NCBI GenBank assembly: GCA_963755265.1 | Contig: CAVWKV010000093.1 | Coordinates: 2,772 to 66,771, forward strand | DNA from: an uncultured Methanomassiliicoccales archaeon | Lineage (GTDB): Archaea > Thermoplasmatota > Thermoplasmata > Methanomassiliicoccales > UBA472 | Direction: 5' to 3' | DNA length: 64,000 nucleotides | Shown: piece by piece, positions 38,751 to 49,480 of the stretch | Position numbering within the stretch: position 1 is the first letter of the stretch | How the letters are laid out: each line of letters starts with the position of its first letter | Notes under the pieces: generated by a model | What the model was told of the DNA's origin: nothing | Databases searched by the model: none | The model's input: the letters and a program-made list of their open reading frames with translations, nothing else | Made by a program: the position numbers and the translations under genes

Positions 38751-40706
38751 ATGTCGGCAACAAATCCAAGGACCCTCGGCCTGGGGATCGATACCGGTGG
38801 GACGTTTACTGACGCGGCCATCGTGGACTTGGGATCGATGCAGGTTCTGGCCACCTCGAAATCACCGACGACATATTCGGACCTTTCAATAGGCATGCTG
38901 GGTGCGGTCGATGGCGTTCTTTCGTCGGGAGCGTTCTCTGTCGAAGAGATCAAACTGGTCGGCCTGTCCACAACTCTAGCAACCAATTCCATCCTAACCG
39001 GGAAAGGGGGTTCGGTAGGTCTGATATGTATCGGGTGGACCCCGGAACCAGAATGCGACCTGGGAACGAAGATGGTCCATACCGTGGCCGGAGGGCATAC
39101 AGTAAACGGACGGCAACGCGTCCCGTTGAACTTGCTCCAACTGGAACACGCTATCGATTCGATGGTGGGTAAGGTCGATGCCATCGTCGTCTCAAGCATC
39201 TTCAGCGTCCACAACCCTGAACATGAGGAAACAGCCCGCAGGATGGTCCTCGAAAGGTCGGGGCGATTGGTCGTAGCCGGTCATGACCTGACATCGGAAT
39301 TGGGCATCGTGGAAAGGACGACCACCGCCATTCTGAATGCCAAGCTCATCCCCATCATCGGAGAGTTCCTGACCGGTGTCGAAGGATCACTCAGAAAAAG
39401 GAACATCCTGGGTCAGATCATGGTGTTCAAAGGGGACGGATCGATGATGAGCATCTCCGTGGCAAGAGAACGACCAGTGGAGACCATATTGTCAGGTCCG
39501 GCAGCCAGCCTGATGGGCGGGCGGCTCCTCTCGAAATTGGACAACTGCATAGTACTTGACATCGGAGGCACCTCCATCGACATCGCTTACTTGGACAAGG
39601 GTTTCCCCCGCATAACCAAAGAAGGGGCGGCGGTCGGGAACTGGAGGACCAGAGTGAGAGCAATCGATATTTGGACTGCCGGCCTCGGCGGGGATTCGGA
39701 CGTCCAAGTGGATGGCCATGGCCGCATCGAGATCGGCCCAGAGAGAGTGACCCCTCTAGCGATCGCAGCTAAACGAAACCCTTCCGTTCTGGAGAAGATC
39801 AAGACCACCAGGCTGACCACGTTCTTCACTTGGTATGAAAGGGACGCCTCCAACCTGAGCATGGAGGACGCTTTGGTATATGACCACATAAAGACCTACG
39901 GCCTCTGCACGCTCTATGAACTGGACGATGCGTTGAAGGACCGAACACATGTGACCCAGAATATCAGGTCTCTCAAGGCCAGGGGCTTCGTCGCTCAGAC
40001 CGGGCTCACACCGACCGACATCATGCACGCCAAAGGACTATACCTATCCGGTGACGTCGACGCTTCCCTTGAAGGGATCGACATTTTCGCAAATCGGCTG
40101 GGCATGACCTCAGCACAATTCATTGAGATGATCATGGACGAGATGGTCACCCGTGTCGGCGCCGAGATCATCAAGAAACTGATCTATGATGAAGCGGGGG
40201 AACTGACCAATTCCAGGTCACTCGACTATATGATCCGAGCCAGCCTGGGGGCGGCCGGATTCAGGACCATGTCTATATACGCGAAGCTAGACCGACCGAT
40301 CGTCGGTATCGGTGCACCGGCACACATCTTCGTACCGGAGCTGGAGAAGAGATTGGACGTCAAGGTGGTCATACCACCACACGCGGATGTGGGCAATGCC
40401 GTCGGCGCGGTGTGCAGCAAGGTTTCCGAATCGGTCACTTTGCATGTCTACCCAAGGGGCAGCCACTATTGGGTGTTCTCTTCCCTGACCGATCCGAAGA
40501 AGTTCGACAGCCAGGAGGATGCGGTCATCCACGCTAAGGAGATGGCTTCCAACTATGTACTGGATCGAGCAGTGATGGCAGGGGCTAAGGACGTGAAGGT
40601 GATGGTGGAGGCCTACGACGGCGGTAGCGGTCCCAATTCAGGCATGCACAAACATAACTCGAACTGGATACGGGTTTGCGCAAGGGCGAGTGGGGACCCG
40701 GTCTGA
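38751..40706 (+). CDS. Hydantoinase/oxoprolinase A family protein
   Basis: GIDTGGTFTDA, STTLATN, SGPAAS, DIGGTS and GNAVGA. Confidence 0.9.
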   Translation: MSATNPRTLGLGIDTGGTFTDAAIVDLGSMQVLATSKSPTTYSDLSIGMLGAVDGVLSSGAFSVEEIKLVGLSTTLATNSILTGKGGSVGLICIGWTPEPECDLGTKMVHTVAGGHTVNGRQRVPLNLLQLEHAIDSMVGKVDAIVVSSIFSVHNPEHEETARRMVLERSGRLVVAGHDLTSELGIVERTTTAILNAKLIPIIGEFLTGVEGSLRKRNILGQIMVFKGDGSMMSISVARERPVETILSGPAASLMGGRLLSKLDNCIVLDIGGTSIDIAYLDKGFPRITKEGAAVGNWRTRVRAIDIWTAGLGGDSDVQVDGHGRIEIGPERVTPLAIAAKRNPSVLEKIKTTRLTTFFTWYERDASNLSMEDALVYDHIKTYGLCTLYELDDALKDRTHVTQNIRSLKARGFVAQTGLTPTDIMHAKGLYLSGDVDASLEGIDIFANRLGMTSAQFIEMIMDEMVTRVGAEIIKKLIYDEAGELTNSRSLDYMIRASLGAAGFRTMSIYAKLDRPIVGIGAPAHIFVPELEKRLDVKVVIPPHADVGNAVGAVCSKVSESVTLHVYPRGSHYWVFSSLTDPKKFDSQEDAVIHAKEMASNYVLDRAVMAGAKDVKVMVEAYDGGSGPNSGMHKHNSNWIRVCARASGDPV

Positions 40707-40762
40707 CATACGAGGGTAGATGAACCCCACGATGCCTTAGAGGTCTGAACGAGGAATATACT

Positions 40763-41026
40763 ATGACGCTCAAGATCGAGGTCTATACATCTACTTGTGG
40801 CAAATGCAAGAAACTGAAACAGGTCGTGCATGAAGCTGTGGACGAGTTGAAGATCGACGCTGAGATAGTGAAGCTCCATGACGGTATCGAAGTACGTGAA
40901 CGAGGAGTGACCATGGTGCCAGCGTTCTTTATCAATGGCAAGCTTGTCCTGGAGGGAAGGGTTCCCCTCGTCAGCGAGGCCATGGACCTCATCAAGGATG
41001 CGGTCAATGATATCACCTATGTCTGA
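40763..41026 (+). CDS. Small thioredoxin-like redox protein (MTH895-like)
   Basis: CGKC, VPAFFING and GRVP. Confidence 0.85.
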   Translation: MTLKIEVYTSTCGKCKKLKQVVHEAVDELKIDAEIVKLHDGIEVRERGVTMVPAFFINGKLVLEGRVPLVSEAMDLIKDAVNDITYV

Positions 41027-41213
41027 GATTATCTGGGTTCCGTTCCGGTTTGTTTAGGCGACGATCTGTGTTTAATCATTTCTGTGGGGATTTTAATAAA
41101 TCTTGAAGTTAGGACATGAACGCTTGGACCATTTATTCTCAATATTAGTCAATAAATGCAATTTCTGTTTGGCAGACATATATATTTATTAACACAGCAT
41201 CCACAGTAAGCGT

Positions 41214-41651
41214 ATGGCACCAAAAGCGCCAAAGGCGGAAGCCAAGAACACGGCAAAAAGCAAGAAGGCCGTTGCACAGGTCAAGAAAGAAGCAGCAGCA
41301 AAGGCGAAGAAGCCCGCTGTAAAGACCCAAAAATTGAAAGATGAAGCGGCAAAGTTAAAGGCTGCCTCGAGAGCCAAGGCAAAGAAGGAATCCAGTGCCA
41401 AGGCAAAGAAGGCCATTGAAAAGATAAAATCCAAGAAAATTGCAGATGCCGATCACAGAAAGGGTCTCGAGGAAATCGAAGTCAAGAAGAAGGCCGTGGC
41501 GAAAGCGGCAACTCCGATTGTCAAGAAACTCAACGCCAAGGAACGCAGGGCTGAGGCTGCCAGCGATCTTAAGAAGGTAGAGCTTAAATCAAAGGCGGAA
41601 TCGAGTAGCCACAAAGAGCATGAGAAGCAACCTCAGCCGAAATGGAAATGA
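41214..41651 (+). CDS. Lys/Ala-rich basic protein (histone H1-like composition)
   Basis: Extreme K/A content (AKAKK repeats) and an upstream TATA box. Confidence 0.65.
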   Translation: MAPKAPKAEAKNTAKSKKAVAQVKKEAAAKAKKPAVKTQKLKDEAAKLKAASRAKAKKESSAKAKKAIEKIKSKKIADADHRKGLEEIEVKKKAVAKAATPIVKKLNAKERRAEAASDLKKVELKSKAESSSHKEHEKQPQPKWK

Positions 41652-42014
41652 GGATTCTGAGCGCCGTCTGAAATTGACTATAATGAACATTGTCCATAGA
41701 GGGTCCGAGGTCCAGTGACTCGGTCCTCTTGATATCTCTTTTCCGATACCGATGCGATCGGCTATTTAAAATCATAACTACTTTATTCAATACTGTTTCA
41801 TCCCGGGTATTGCTACATGATTTCGATCGTGACCTAAGGTCCCAAATTCAGTTGGTCTGGATTAACGATGGCCAAAGGGAGGCTAAGGCAGGTATGAGAG
41901 GTCATTTCGTTTTGGGGGTGGGCAAATCAATGAGTACAGAATCTAACGGATAGGACAGCCCGCACCATAAAATATATTGAGAGCCGACACCAAGTAAGGG
42001 TGTGAGTTGATCTG

Positions 42015-42497
42015 ATGGACAGCGATCTTCGAAAGGCAGCTTTCGCTGGGGGTTGCTTCTGGCACGTGGAGGCCGATTTCCGGGAAATCAAAGGAGTTGT
42101 TGAGACGGCAGTCGGTTATGAAGGTGGCACCTTCCCGAACCCCAAGTATGAGGACACACACGACGGTAAGACAGGCCACGCCGAGACCGTCGAGATCGTT
42201 TTCGATCCCGCAATTGTGACCTATGATGAACTCCTAGATGCGTTCTGGGAAATGATCGATCCGACTGAGTTTAACCGTCAGGGCCCTGATAAAGGGAGCC
42301 AGTATCGTTCTGTCATCTTCTATTTTGACGATGAGCAGAAGAAAACCGCTGAGGAGTCCAAGGCACGCCTGGGAAGATCTGGGAAGTATAGTAAGCCGAT
42401 CGTCACAGAGATAGTACCTGCCTCAAGATTCTGGAGAGCAGAGGAATACCATCAGAAGTATTTCGATAAACACGGGATGCGGACTTGCAGAATGTGA
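42015..42497 (+). CDS. msrA: Peptide methionine sulfoxide reductase A
   Basis: GGCFW, GHAE, QYRS and AEEYHQKY. Confidence 0.95.
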   Translation: MDSDLRKAAFAGGCFWHVEADFREIKGVVETAVGYEGGTFPNPKYEDTHDGKTGHAETVEIVFDPAIVTYDELLDAFWEMIDPTEFNRQGPDKGSQYRSVIFYFDDEQKKTAEESKARLGRSGKYSKPIVTEIVPASRFWRAEEYHQKYFDKHGMRTCRM

Positions 42498-42925
42498 ACG
42501 GTGAACCGTCAACACATAATTCTTGAGTCGGACGTCTTCGCCAATACCCATGGGCCAAACGTATCGCTTTAATATTGCGATACTAGAACCATTTTTACTA
42601 TTTCAGGAACGACGCTTACAACCAACATCATGAAGGTAACCTCCCTTCGAACCTGTTCCGATATTTCGTTCAGCAGCTGGTCCGATATAAATCCCTTATC
42701 AACCGAAAACAAACGCCAAAATCTCAATATTATGGGTATTTTTCCGCATTATCCGTTGACAATCAAGAAATACGATACTTAGTCAACTCATGGTTCGTCA
42801 GACGCGGAAACATTTTCTCCTCCTATGAATCCCTTGTCGTTTCTCACCGTGCCTGACATCTTTTTTTTATCTTTAAGGTACCTAACAAAAAGACGTTGAT
42901 TATACATTAAAGAACTTTGACAGCA

Positions 42926-43216
42926 TCATGTCGATTCCCATTCGTCCGAGGCGCTCTGTTTATTACGATAGTTGAGTATTAGGAAAATAACGGCGATGTT
43001 CAATCCCAGGGAGATCAGGTTCCATAACATGATCGGGATATCCCCCAGTATCACGCCATATAAGAACCATAGAGCCAGGCCGAAGCTAAGTAAGACCGGC
43101 ATCGTCAACGATACATCATGCATGCATTTAGTGCGGTAGCCTTTGACTAGCTGGGGAATAAAACCGATCGTTGTAAGCATCCCCGCCATAAGGCCGAGCA
43201 CGGTCCACGTTTCCAT
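42926..43216 (-). CDS. SemiSWEET/PQ-loop transporter
   Basis: FIPQLVK, three TM segments, LWFLYG and WN. Confidence 0.88.
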   Translation of the reverse strand: METWTVLGLMAGMLTTIGFIPQLVKGYRTKCMHDVSLTMPVLLSFGLALWFLYGVILGDIPIMLWNLISLGLNIAVIFLILNYRNKQSASDEWEST

Positions 43217-43352
43217 CGGTGGGGCAATGCTCGTTTTGGATATCACGCTTTCGTTCCGCCGGAAGCTTCAGTTGTGTTCGACCGGCATCACAATCTTCGA
43301 GTAGGGTATCAAGACCCCGTCGATCATCACGGCACTGAGCAAACGACCATCG

Positions 43353-44930
43353 TTAGATTTTCATCTTGGCCTCGGTGATCTCAATGAACTCGGCCTCAGA
43401 ACCTACGGTGATGATGCGCTTTGGCTTCATCTGCCCTAGGCTGCGGCCTTCCCTCATCCGCCGATCGATCTCCGCCTGGATGATTTTGAAGGCATCGGCC
43501 TTACACACTTTGACCTCGACACGACCCAGATCATGACCTACCTTCAGGGTGTGCAAGAGATCGTCGCATTCCTTGATCAGGTGGCGAAGGATCTCCTTGC
43601 CATACCGCTCTTCATTTCCGACATCCTTGATCGGAATGATCAGGAAGACTAACCTGGCCGGACTGCCTTTTATATTGTAGAGTTCCCACCAGCGGACGTT
43701 GCCAGTGCTTTGCATGGCGTCGTTGATATGCCGGGTGTAGATCTTGTTGCCGAGGAAGTTCCCGGACTCGTCCTCTACCTCGAAGTCCAGAACATCGGCG
43801 GAGCGCCCTAGCACCTTTATCGTGGGAAGGATCACTGTGCCTTTTGCATTCCCTATCCTGACCTCGCTCTTACCGAAAGGGTCCACGACTTCCACGATAT
43901 CCCCCGTTGGGTATCGCACTAAGGGCAGGCATTCCCCTGGCCTGGTTATCAGAAGCTCACCCCTAAGACCAGCACACCACTTGTTCCAAGGGACTCCAGC
44001 GACCGGAATCTTTGGGTCAGATCTGCATGCCAGTACATCCTTTGGGTCAGCGATCTCGGGGATCACTGAGTTGAGGAACACGCTGAGGCCTGCCGATGGC
44101 CCGAGCTGTGCCGCGATCAGGGGGTTCTCGGTGCTCCCGTAGACATCGAACATACGAATTCGAGGATAGCTTTCCTTGATGTCCTGGATGTACGGTGTCA
44201 AGGCCTCTGCATAGGAAATGCCTATCTGAGCGTTGATGACGATATTGTCCAATGCACGTTTATCAAGACCGACCAGGTAAAGCCGAGCCATCGGCCCGGC
44301 CAGGAAATTGGGGATACGGTAATCCTCGCGTATACGATGGCGAACGATCGAAACGAGATAATCCGGGTCACGGACTATCCTACTAATGATGTAGAAGACT
44401 ATGGCCGAGCCGGCCATGACGTCGATGTGCTTTTCCCTGCTCACTTGCTTTAAAGCACCAACAAGGTCCGAATCGTCCCCCAATAAGGTCGTTATGCATT
44501 TGTCCATTGGTATCTTACTTGCGACCCGGTCCATCACAAGCCCGGAAACGAGCGGCTCAGAACCTCCGAAATTCCAGCCGATATCGTCAGGTTCCATTCC
44601 GATCATATGCGTGAATAGAACATAATCGAGGACCATCGAATTGATGTCCCCTACACTATAATAGAAACGTTTCGCCGAGCCAGTCGAACCGGAGGTGTGG
44701 AAGAACCGTTCGTGTCGCTCCAAAAGAGTTTTCTCGACCCCTTGTTCATCCATCGAACGGAGGATCAGATCGTAGGATGTCAGCGGTAGTTCCGAGAGCC
44801 CGGCAAGGCCGTTCACCTCGGTCAATCTTCCCTCATAGACCGATGAGCGGACCGCCGAGGAGATTATCTCCTTGAGCATCGTGGCGTGGCGAGACTCATG
44901 AACATCATAAGGAACCTGAAACTTGTCCAT
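43353..44930 (-). CDS. GH3/phenylacetate-CoA-ligase-like adenylating enzyme
   Basis: TSGSTG, YGSTE, LVRYPTGD and KVLGRS. AAGGAG RBS before the ATG at 44930. Confidence 0.8.
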   Translation of the reverse strand: MDKFQVPYDVHESRHATMLKEIISSAVRSSVYEGRLTEVNGLAGLSELPLTSYDLILRSMDEQGVEKTLLERHERFFHTSGSTGSAKRFYYSVGDINSMVLDYVLFTHMIGMEPDDIGWNFGGSEPLVSGLVMDRVASKIPMDKCITTLLGDDSDLVGALKQVSREKHIDVMAGSAIVFYIISRIVRDPDYLVSIVRHRIREDYRIPNFLAGPMARLYLVGLDKRALDNIVINAQIGISYAEALTPYIQDIKESYPRIRMFDVYGSTENPLIAAQLGPSAGLSVFLNSVIPEIADPKDVLACRSDPKIPVAGVPWNKWCAGLRGELLITRPGECLPLVRYPTGDIVEVVDPFGKSEVRIGNAKGTVILPTIKVLGRSADVLDFEVEDESGNFLGNKIYTRHINDAMQSTGNVRWWELYNIKGSPARLVFLIIPIKDVGNEERYGKEILRHLIKECDDLLHTLKVGHDLGRVEVKVCKADAFKIIQAEIDRRMREGRSLGQMKPKRIITVGSEAEFIEITEAKMKI

Positions 44931-45055
44931 TACTCCTTTCTCGGCCGCTCCAACCGGCTGACCATGTAGGCTCATCCCTTCGGCTATCGGGCCGCATTTA
45001 TTAATAGATAGGAGAAGAATTAGAAATGGCCCGTTGGCATGAGTCAACGATTGGA

Positions 45056-45320
45056 TCAAGAACCGGGTTCACCCTGCTCATCCAATGGCTTTACGTTCCT
45101 GAAATTGATGAAGAAGGCCGAGATGGCCACCATATAGAGGATGGCCGCTATGATGAAAGGCAACTCGAACATACCGGCTGCGAACATTAACCCCCCGATC
45201 ACTGTGCTCACGCTGTTCGGGATCCTCCAGATTATTGAATTGATGGCGCTTGCCAGACCCCTTTCCTCGGAAGTGATGATGCTCATCAGATAGGAATCAA
45301 GAATCGGGCCTGCCAATACT
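45056..45320 (-). pseudogene. C-terminal fragment of an MFS transporter, paralog of 22569
   Basis: AGPILDSYLMS...RGLASAINSIIWRIPNSV matches the C-terminus of the 22569 protein. The upstream sequence is AT-rich non-coding. Confidence 0.8.
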
Positions 45321-45819
45321 TCAATACTGTGGGTAGCCAAAATTTGATTGAGCTGAATATTGAAGAATACAACTTAATGCCATTCCATTAATAAAATGAG
45401 CAAATAGTATCATTTGTAAATCTAACCTCGCCAAGATGGCCGTATGATGGTTGAACAGGGCTTCTTATTCACCGTTCTAAATAAAATAAATAATCTCCGA
45501 CTAATATTGTAAATGTCGTTAATCCGCATATTACAATTGGAGAACATGGGGGGACGTTCGATTGCTCAAAATACGACGGCTATTTGCTGTATCTTTGCGG
45601 TGGTCCTCGACCATATATGTATTGTGCGTCGCGACCCTCGCTAAAGATATCTCTTTGCAGGAACAAATGATCATCTAGATAGGCATTCCAGCCGCTTGAC
45701 CATAGTGATCCAAATCTTGTTGCTCGAGATCGAATGGCTCATTCTAATGCCCGATAAGAAATGATTTGAGCATATTCAAATATCAGCGAATGCCCTTGTG
45801 TATTAACCGGGGATGACGA

Positions 45820-46083
45820 ATGGTTTTAAAGATCGAAGTTTTCACCTCCACATGCGCGAAATGCAAGATGCTGGAGGTCGTTGTCCGAACCGCGATCCAG
45901 GAGATGGACATCGAGGCTGACGTCAAGAACATCCACGATGCCATCTACATCAGGGAAAAGGGTGTGACACGTGTACCGGCCCTTCTCATCAACAATAAGC
46001 TAATCATCGAAGGAAGGGTGCCAACCGTAACCGAAATGAAGGGCATCATAAAGGACGAGATGCTCGATATCACATATGGTTGA
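45820..46083 (+). CDS. Small thioredoxin-like protein, paralog of 40763
   Basis: TSTCAKC, GRVP and DITY. Confidence 0.85.
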   Translation: MVLKIEVFTSTCAKCKMLEVVVRTAIQEMDIEADVKNIHDAIYIREKGVTRVPALLINNKLIIEGRVPTVTEMKGIIKDEMLDITYG

Positions 46084-46131
46084 TTCCAAGGTTAGGCGGT
46101 CGGATAAGATTCCAGGAAAATCATCAGGCGA

Positions 46132-46704
46132 TCACCAATGGACCTTCTCTCTGAATGTGGAGATCAGGAGATCACGGGAGTCCTTGTCATCCGGTATCAT
46201 GAACATTCTAAGACCATCCCGGGTCTCAAAGGCGATGATGTAGGATTGATCCCCTTGGTCATCATCCTCGGACGATATGCGGATGCCTTTCACATCCATC
46301 ACATTCATGACACTGTTCCCTTTCGATTCTCTCAGTATCACATCCGGGTCCATCGAAAGATATCTCCGTGAATATGCGCCCAAAGCCTTACGATGACGTT
46401 CCGGTTCTAGTATGGCCCCGCCAAAAAGGACCGACGCTGAGGCCTTTCGGATCTTGTTCTTATCGTCCTCCGTGACCTTGGCGATGATGAGGCGGGATCC
46501 GGTGACGATCAATGTAAACATCTCTTCCACCCCTCCATTCCTGGCCATGGCTAGAGGGATGACACCTTTGACCTGTTCCGAGCCGCTCGATTCTGCGGAT
46601 GACGCTCCTAACTGGATCTTCGTCCCGCAATATGGGCAGAACATCATGTCCTTAGACAGTTCCCGTCCGCATGATGGACATTCGCTCAGGGTCACAGGAG
46701 GCAA
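46132..46704 (-). CDS. Zinc-ribbon domain protein
   Basis: CPSCG...FCPYCG at the N-terminus. Confidence 0.75.
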   Translation of the reverse strand: MPPVTLSECPSCGRELSKDMMFCPYCGTKIQLGASSAESSGSEQVKGVIPLAMARNGGVEEMFTLIVTGSRLIIAKVTEDDKNKIRKASASVLFGGAILEPERHRKALGAYSRRYLSMDPDVILRESKGNSVMNVMDVKGIRISSEDDDQGDQSYIIAFETRDGLRMFMIPDDKDSRDLLISTFREKVHW

Positions 46705-46803
46705 TTGAGCACTATCGGATAACTAATTGTCGGAATAACCCTGCACATTCTATCAAGGAGGAAATGGAAGGAGGCCGGAACCCGGCTTCGGTCCTCTATC
46801 CGG

Positions 46804-47616
46804 TCACAACTTCCACGGGTTCTTCATGACCTGTTCGGAATAGTATTCGGATATTTTGCCTGTCGTCCCATACCGGTAGAGAGCGGTCAATAGGACGCCG
46901 CTGACCGCCGATGCCAGGACCGCTAGGCATAGCCAATAGAGAACTGCTATAACGATTCCTAAGATTATGGCCAACGAACCGCTGATCACGAATCCTGCAA
47001 TGAGCGGTATCAACCCGACCAGTGCCAATAAGAAGAATATCACCCCGATACCTAGATTTGACACAATTGCCTCGCCCCAGGAGTTCTTCAATACGGCTGC
47101 GCTACGCTTGATCGCCTTGAACGGACCGACCTGTTCGAAGACGATGATCGGCACAACGAAATAAGTGGCCACTGACCAGGCAAAACCGATCAGGCCGACG
47201 ACGATCTTTCCAATCGTCCCCGACTTCGAGCTGATGGCCTGCAAAATGAGACCGACCGTCGCCGAAAGCAACGCCCATTCTATGATATACTTCAGACGGC
47301 CGGCTGCCATCTTGATACCATACGAGAACGTCGGGTCGCCTCCGTTCAATCTGAGCATTGCACACGAGACCAATGCTACATTGAAGAAGACGATTACAAA
47401 CGACGAAAGGAAATAGAATACGAGGAAGAATGCGACAAATGAGTAAGCATCTATATTCTCCAGCCCGAAGGCGAAGAAGTAAACCCCGAAGAACGACGCT
47501 GCCATCATGATCAATGCAATTCCTGATATGACTGGAAACAACAATATTTCCTTGTCCTTTCCGATAACATTGAAGCTTAGTTTTGTGAGCGCCCAACCTC
47601 TAGAAAGCTTTCCCAT
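46804..47616 (-). CDS. Polytopic membrane protein (DUF6159-like)
   Basis: About 6 TM segments, FFNVAL, AIKRS...WGE and ALYRY. Confidence 0.75.
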   Translation of the reverse strand: MGKLSRGWALTKLSFNVIGKDKEILLFPVISGIALIMMAASFFGVYFFAFGLENIDAYSFVAFFLVFYFLSSFVIVFFNVALVSCAMLRLNGGDPTFSYGIKMAAGRLKYIIEWALLSATVGLILQAISSKSGTIGKIVVGLIGFAWSVATYFVVPIIVFEQVGPFKAIKRSAAVLKNSWGEAIVSNLGIGVIFFLLALVGLIPLIAGFVISGSLAIILGIVIAVLYWLCLAVLASAVSGVLLTALYRYGTTGKISEYYSEQVMKNPWKL

Positions 47617-47882
47617 TTCGATCCCCTTTGGATTGGAGTCGATAACTTTTCTTAATATATATTATAGGGGTCGCTATTGTTACATTTCTTGACTAAGGGA
47701 ATGGACATGACGCGTATGACCTGGCCGCTTGTTCAAAACGCCTCCGATCCGCCCTCCGGTGCAACATTCGCCGAAACCGCCTTTACGCAACGGGCCAATA
47801 ATAAAAGGACTAAAAATATCGCCTCTCGCCGAATGATGTCCATGGATATGGAATATAGAATGGGTTTGCTGGGAAATGGGAT

Positions 47883-48470
47883 TCAGAAGGCCGGTACCAA
47901 GCCGCGCTGCGTGCTCACGAACGGCAGATAGATCAGCTTGGCGTCGTGGACGGTCAGCGTGTAGTCCAGGTTCTGCAGCACTCCTGGCTTCTCCGCTTCG
48001 ATCGTCACTACTACAAAATCGGCCATCTCCATCGCTTCCGCCTGTTTCACTATCGTAGGGAGCCTCGGTACCGTACCGAAGTCCATCCTGGTGACGTACG
48101 GCGGCGGATTGAGTGTTAGGTCCACTGCCGTCCCCTTGAACCGGTCAATCTCCATCTCCGATGCTGGGATCCAGATGAACAGGTTACCGGAATTGCCCTC
48201 GCCCCTGAACCAACTGGTGAGCTTATGGAATCCGCCTCCTTCGGTGCGGATGTTGTTGATTACGACGGTGGAGTACATACGCCAGAACGGAACGTACACG
48301 CGATCCTGCGTGGCGTTCTTGTTGAAGTCCCCGATCTCGATGTCCAGGATCTGAACGCCACCGTTCCTTATGTGCATCGTACCACAGTTCATGCAATAGA
48401 ACACGATGTCCTTCTGCTTCGAGATGATAGGGTTCCCGCACTTGGGGCATTTGACCTGTATGACCTGCAT
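47883..48470 (-). CDS. Zinc-ribbon protein (YdjG-like, soluble)
   Basis: CPKCG...CMNCG, YVPFW and YLPF. Confidence 0.75.
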   Translation of the reverse strand: MQVIQVKCPKCGNPIISKQKDIVFYCMNCGTMHIRNGGVQILDIEIGDFNKNATQDRVYVPFWRMYSTVVINNIRTEGGGFHKLTSWFRGEGNSGNLFIWIPASEMEIDRFKGTAVDLTLNPPPYVTRMDFGTVPRLPTIVKQAEAMEMADFVVVTIEAEKPGVLQNLDYTLTVHDAKLIYLPFVSTQRGLVPAF

Positions 48471-49480
48471 CAGATATCACCCGAGTTCCTGCCGCCGGAC
48501 CCACCAAACTGATTGGCGATGTCCTTTAGGTCCCCAAGCTTAAACCCCCTGTCAGAGAACTCTCCCTCAGTGATCTCCGAACCGCCCCGGAAGAACAGGT
48601 ACGTTCCGATCAGCACGATGAAACCTACGATAAAGCACCCCACCGCCGCTTCCGCCGACGCACTGGCGACGATGACACCGGCCGCGCCGAGAAGGCCGCC
48701 GATGGAGGTGCCTGCCGTCACCGCCAGACTTTGGAACAACGGATCGCCTGGAGCCCTTCCCGACAGGACTACCCCAGAGACGCCGTCGACCGTGTTCAGG
48801 TACATCCTGTCCCGGTACGCATAGCGCACCACCCACACTGGGTAATAGATCATCGACATCGACTTAGGGAATACGTGAACTTTCTCGAAGGTGACATGAG
48901 GTACATGCGCATCCGCCCGTGCGTTCAACATCGCGTTTTCCTTAGCGTGCGTAACGGCATCATCCTTGCTGGTCGTCGACTCGAAGGTGGGGATCATGAG
49001 GAAGTCCGTCAATGTCGTCTCCCCGTCCATGTTCCTCATCTTCTTGATTCCCAGATCGCCCGGGTCGCAGGCTATCTCCGAGAACCGGTAGTCCCGGAGC
49101 ACCATCTCCTCTTTCGGTATCCTCTCGGTGTACGTGCGTTTTCCATCGCTGTGGGTCCTCTCCTCATATCCGCATATCCATCCTGCGACCCTTGTGGTCG
49201 TGCTCCAAAACGGCATGTAGATGGGATAGCATTCGGTCACCTGACCGACCCGCTTTAGGTCACGGGCCTTGAGACCTTTCTTCCACCAATTGGCAGAAGA
49301 TAGGACTGCCGCCTCCCTGGTAATCATGTTCTTGAATGAAACGGTCGTGACCCCGGCGTCACCCTCCACGAAAAGCATCGACCCGCAATACTGGCAGTTG
49401 ACCGTGTTCTCGCCCTCGACGACCTTGATGGCACCGCCGCATGCCGGACAATTCAATCCAACCTCGAGGCCCATGGTCAC
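48470..49480 (-). CDS. Zinc-ribbon membrane protein (YdjG-like)
   Basis: CPACG...CQYCG, YMPFW, YYPVW, VDGVSG and two C-terminal TM segments. Confidence 0.8.
   Translation of the reverse strand: MTMGLEVGLNCPACGGAIKVVEGENTVNCQYCGSMLFVEGDAGVTTVSFKNMITREAAVLSSANWWKKGLKARDLKRVGQVTECYPIYMPFWSTTTRVAGWICGYEERTHSDGKRTYTERIPKEEMVLRDYRFSEIACDPGDLGIKKMRNMDGETTLTDFLMIPTFESTTSKDDAVTHAKENAMLNARADAHVPHVTFEKVHVFPKSMSMIYYPVWVVRYAYRDRMYLNTVDGVSGVVLSGRAPGDPLFQSLAVTAGTSIGGLLGAAGVIVASASAEAAVGCFIVGFIVLIGTYLFFRGGSEITEGEFSDRGFKLGDLKDIANQFGGSGGRNSGDI

Noticed and set aside
42560..42830. Possible gene remnant on the minus strand (DKGFISDQLLNEISEQVRRE...)
   Set aside because: It is protein-like but short, lacks a clear start, and I cannot assign a family.
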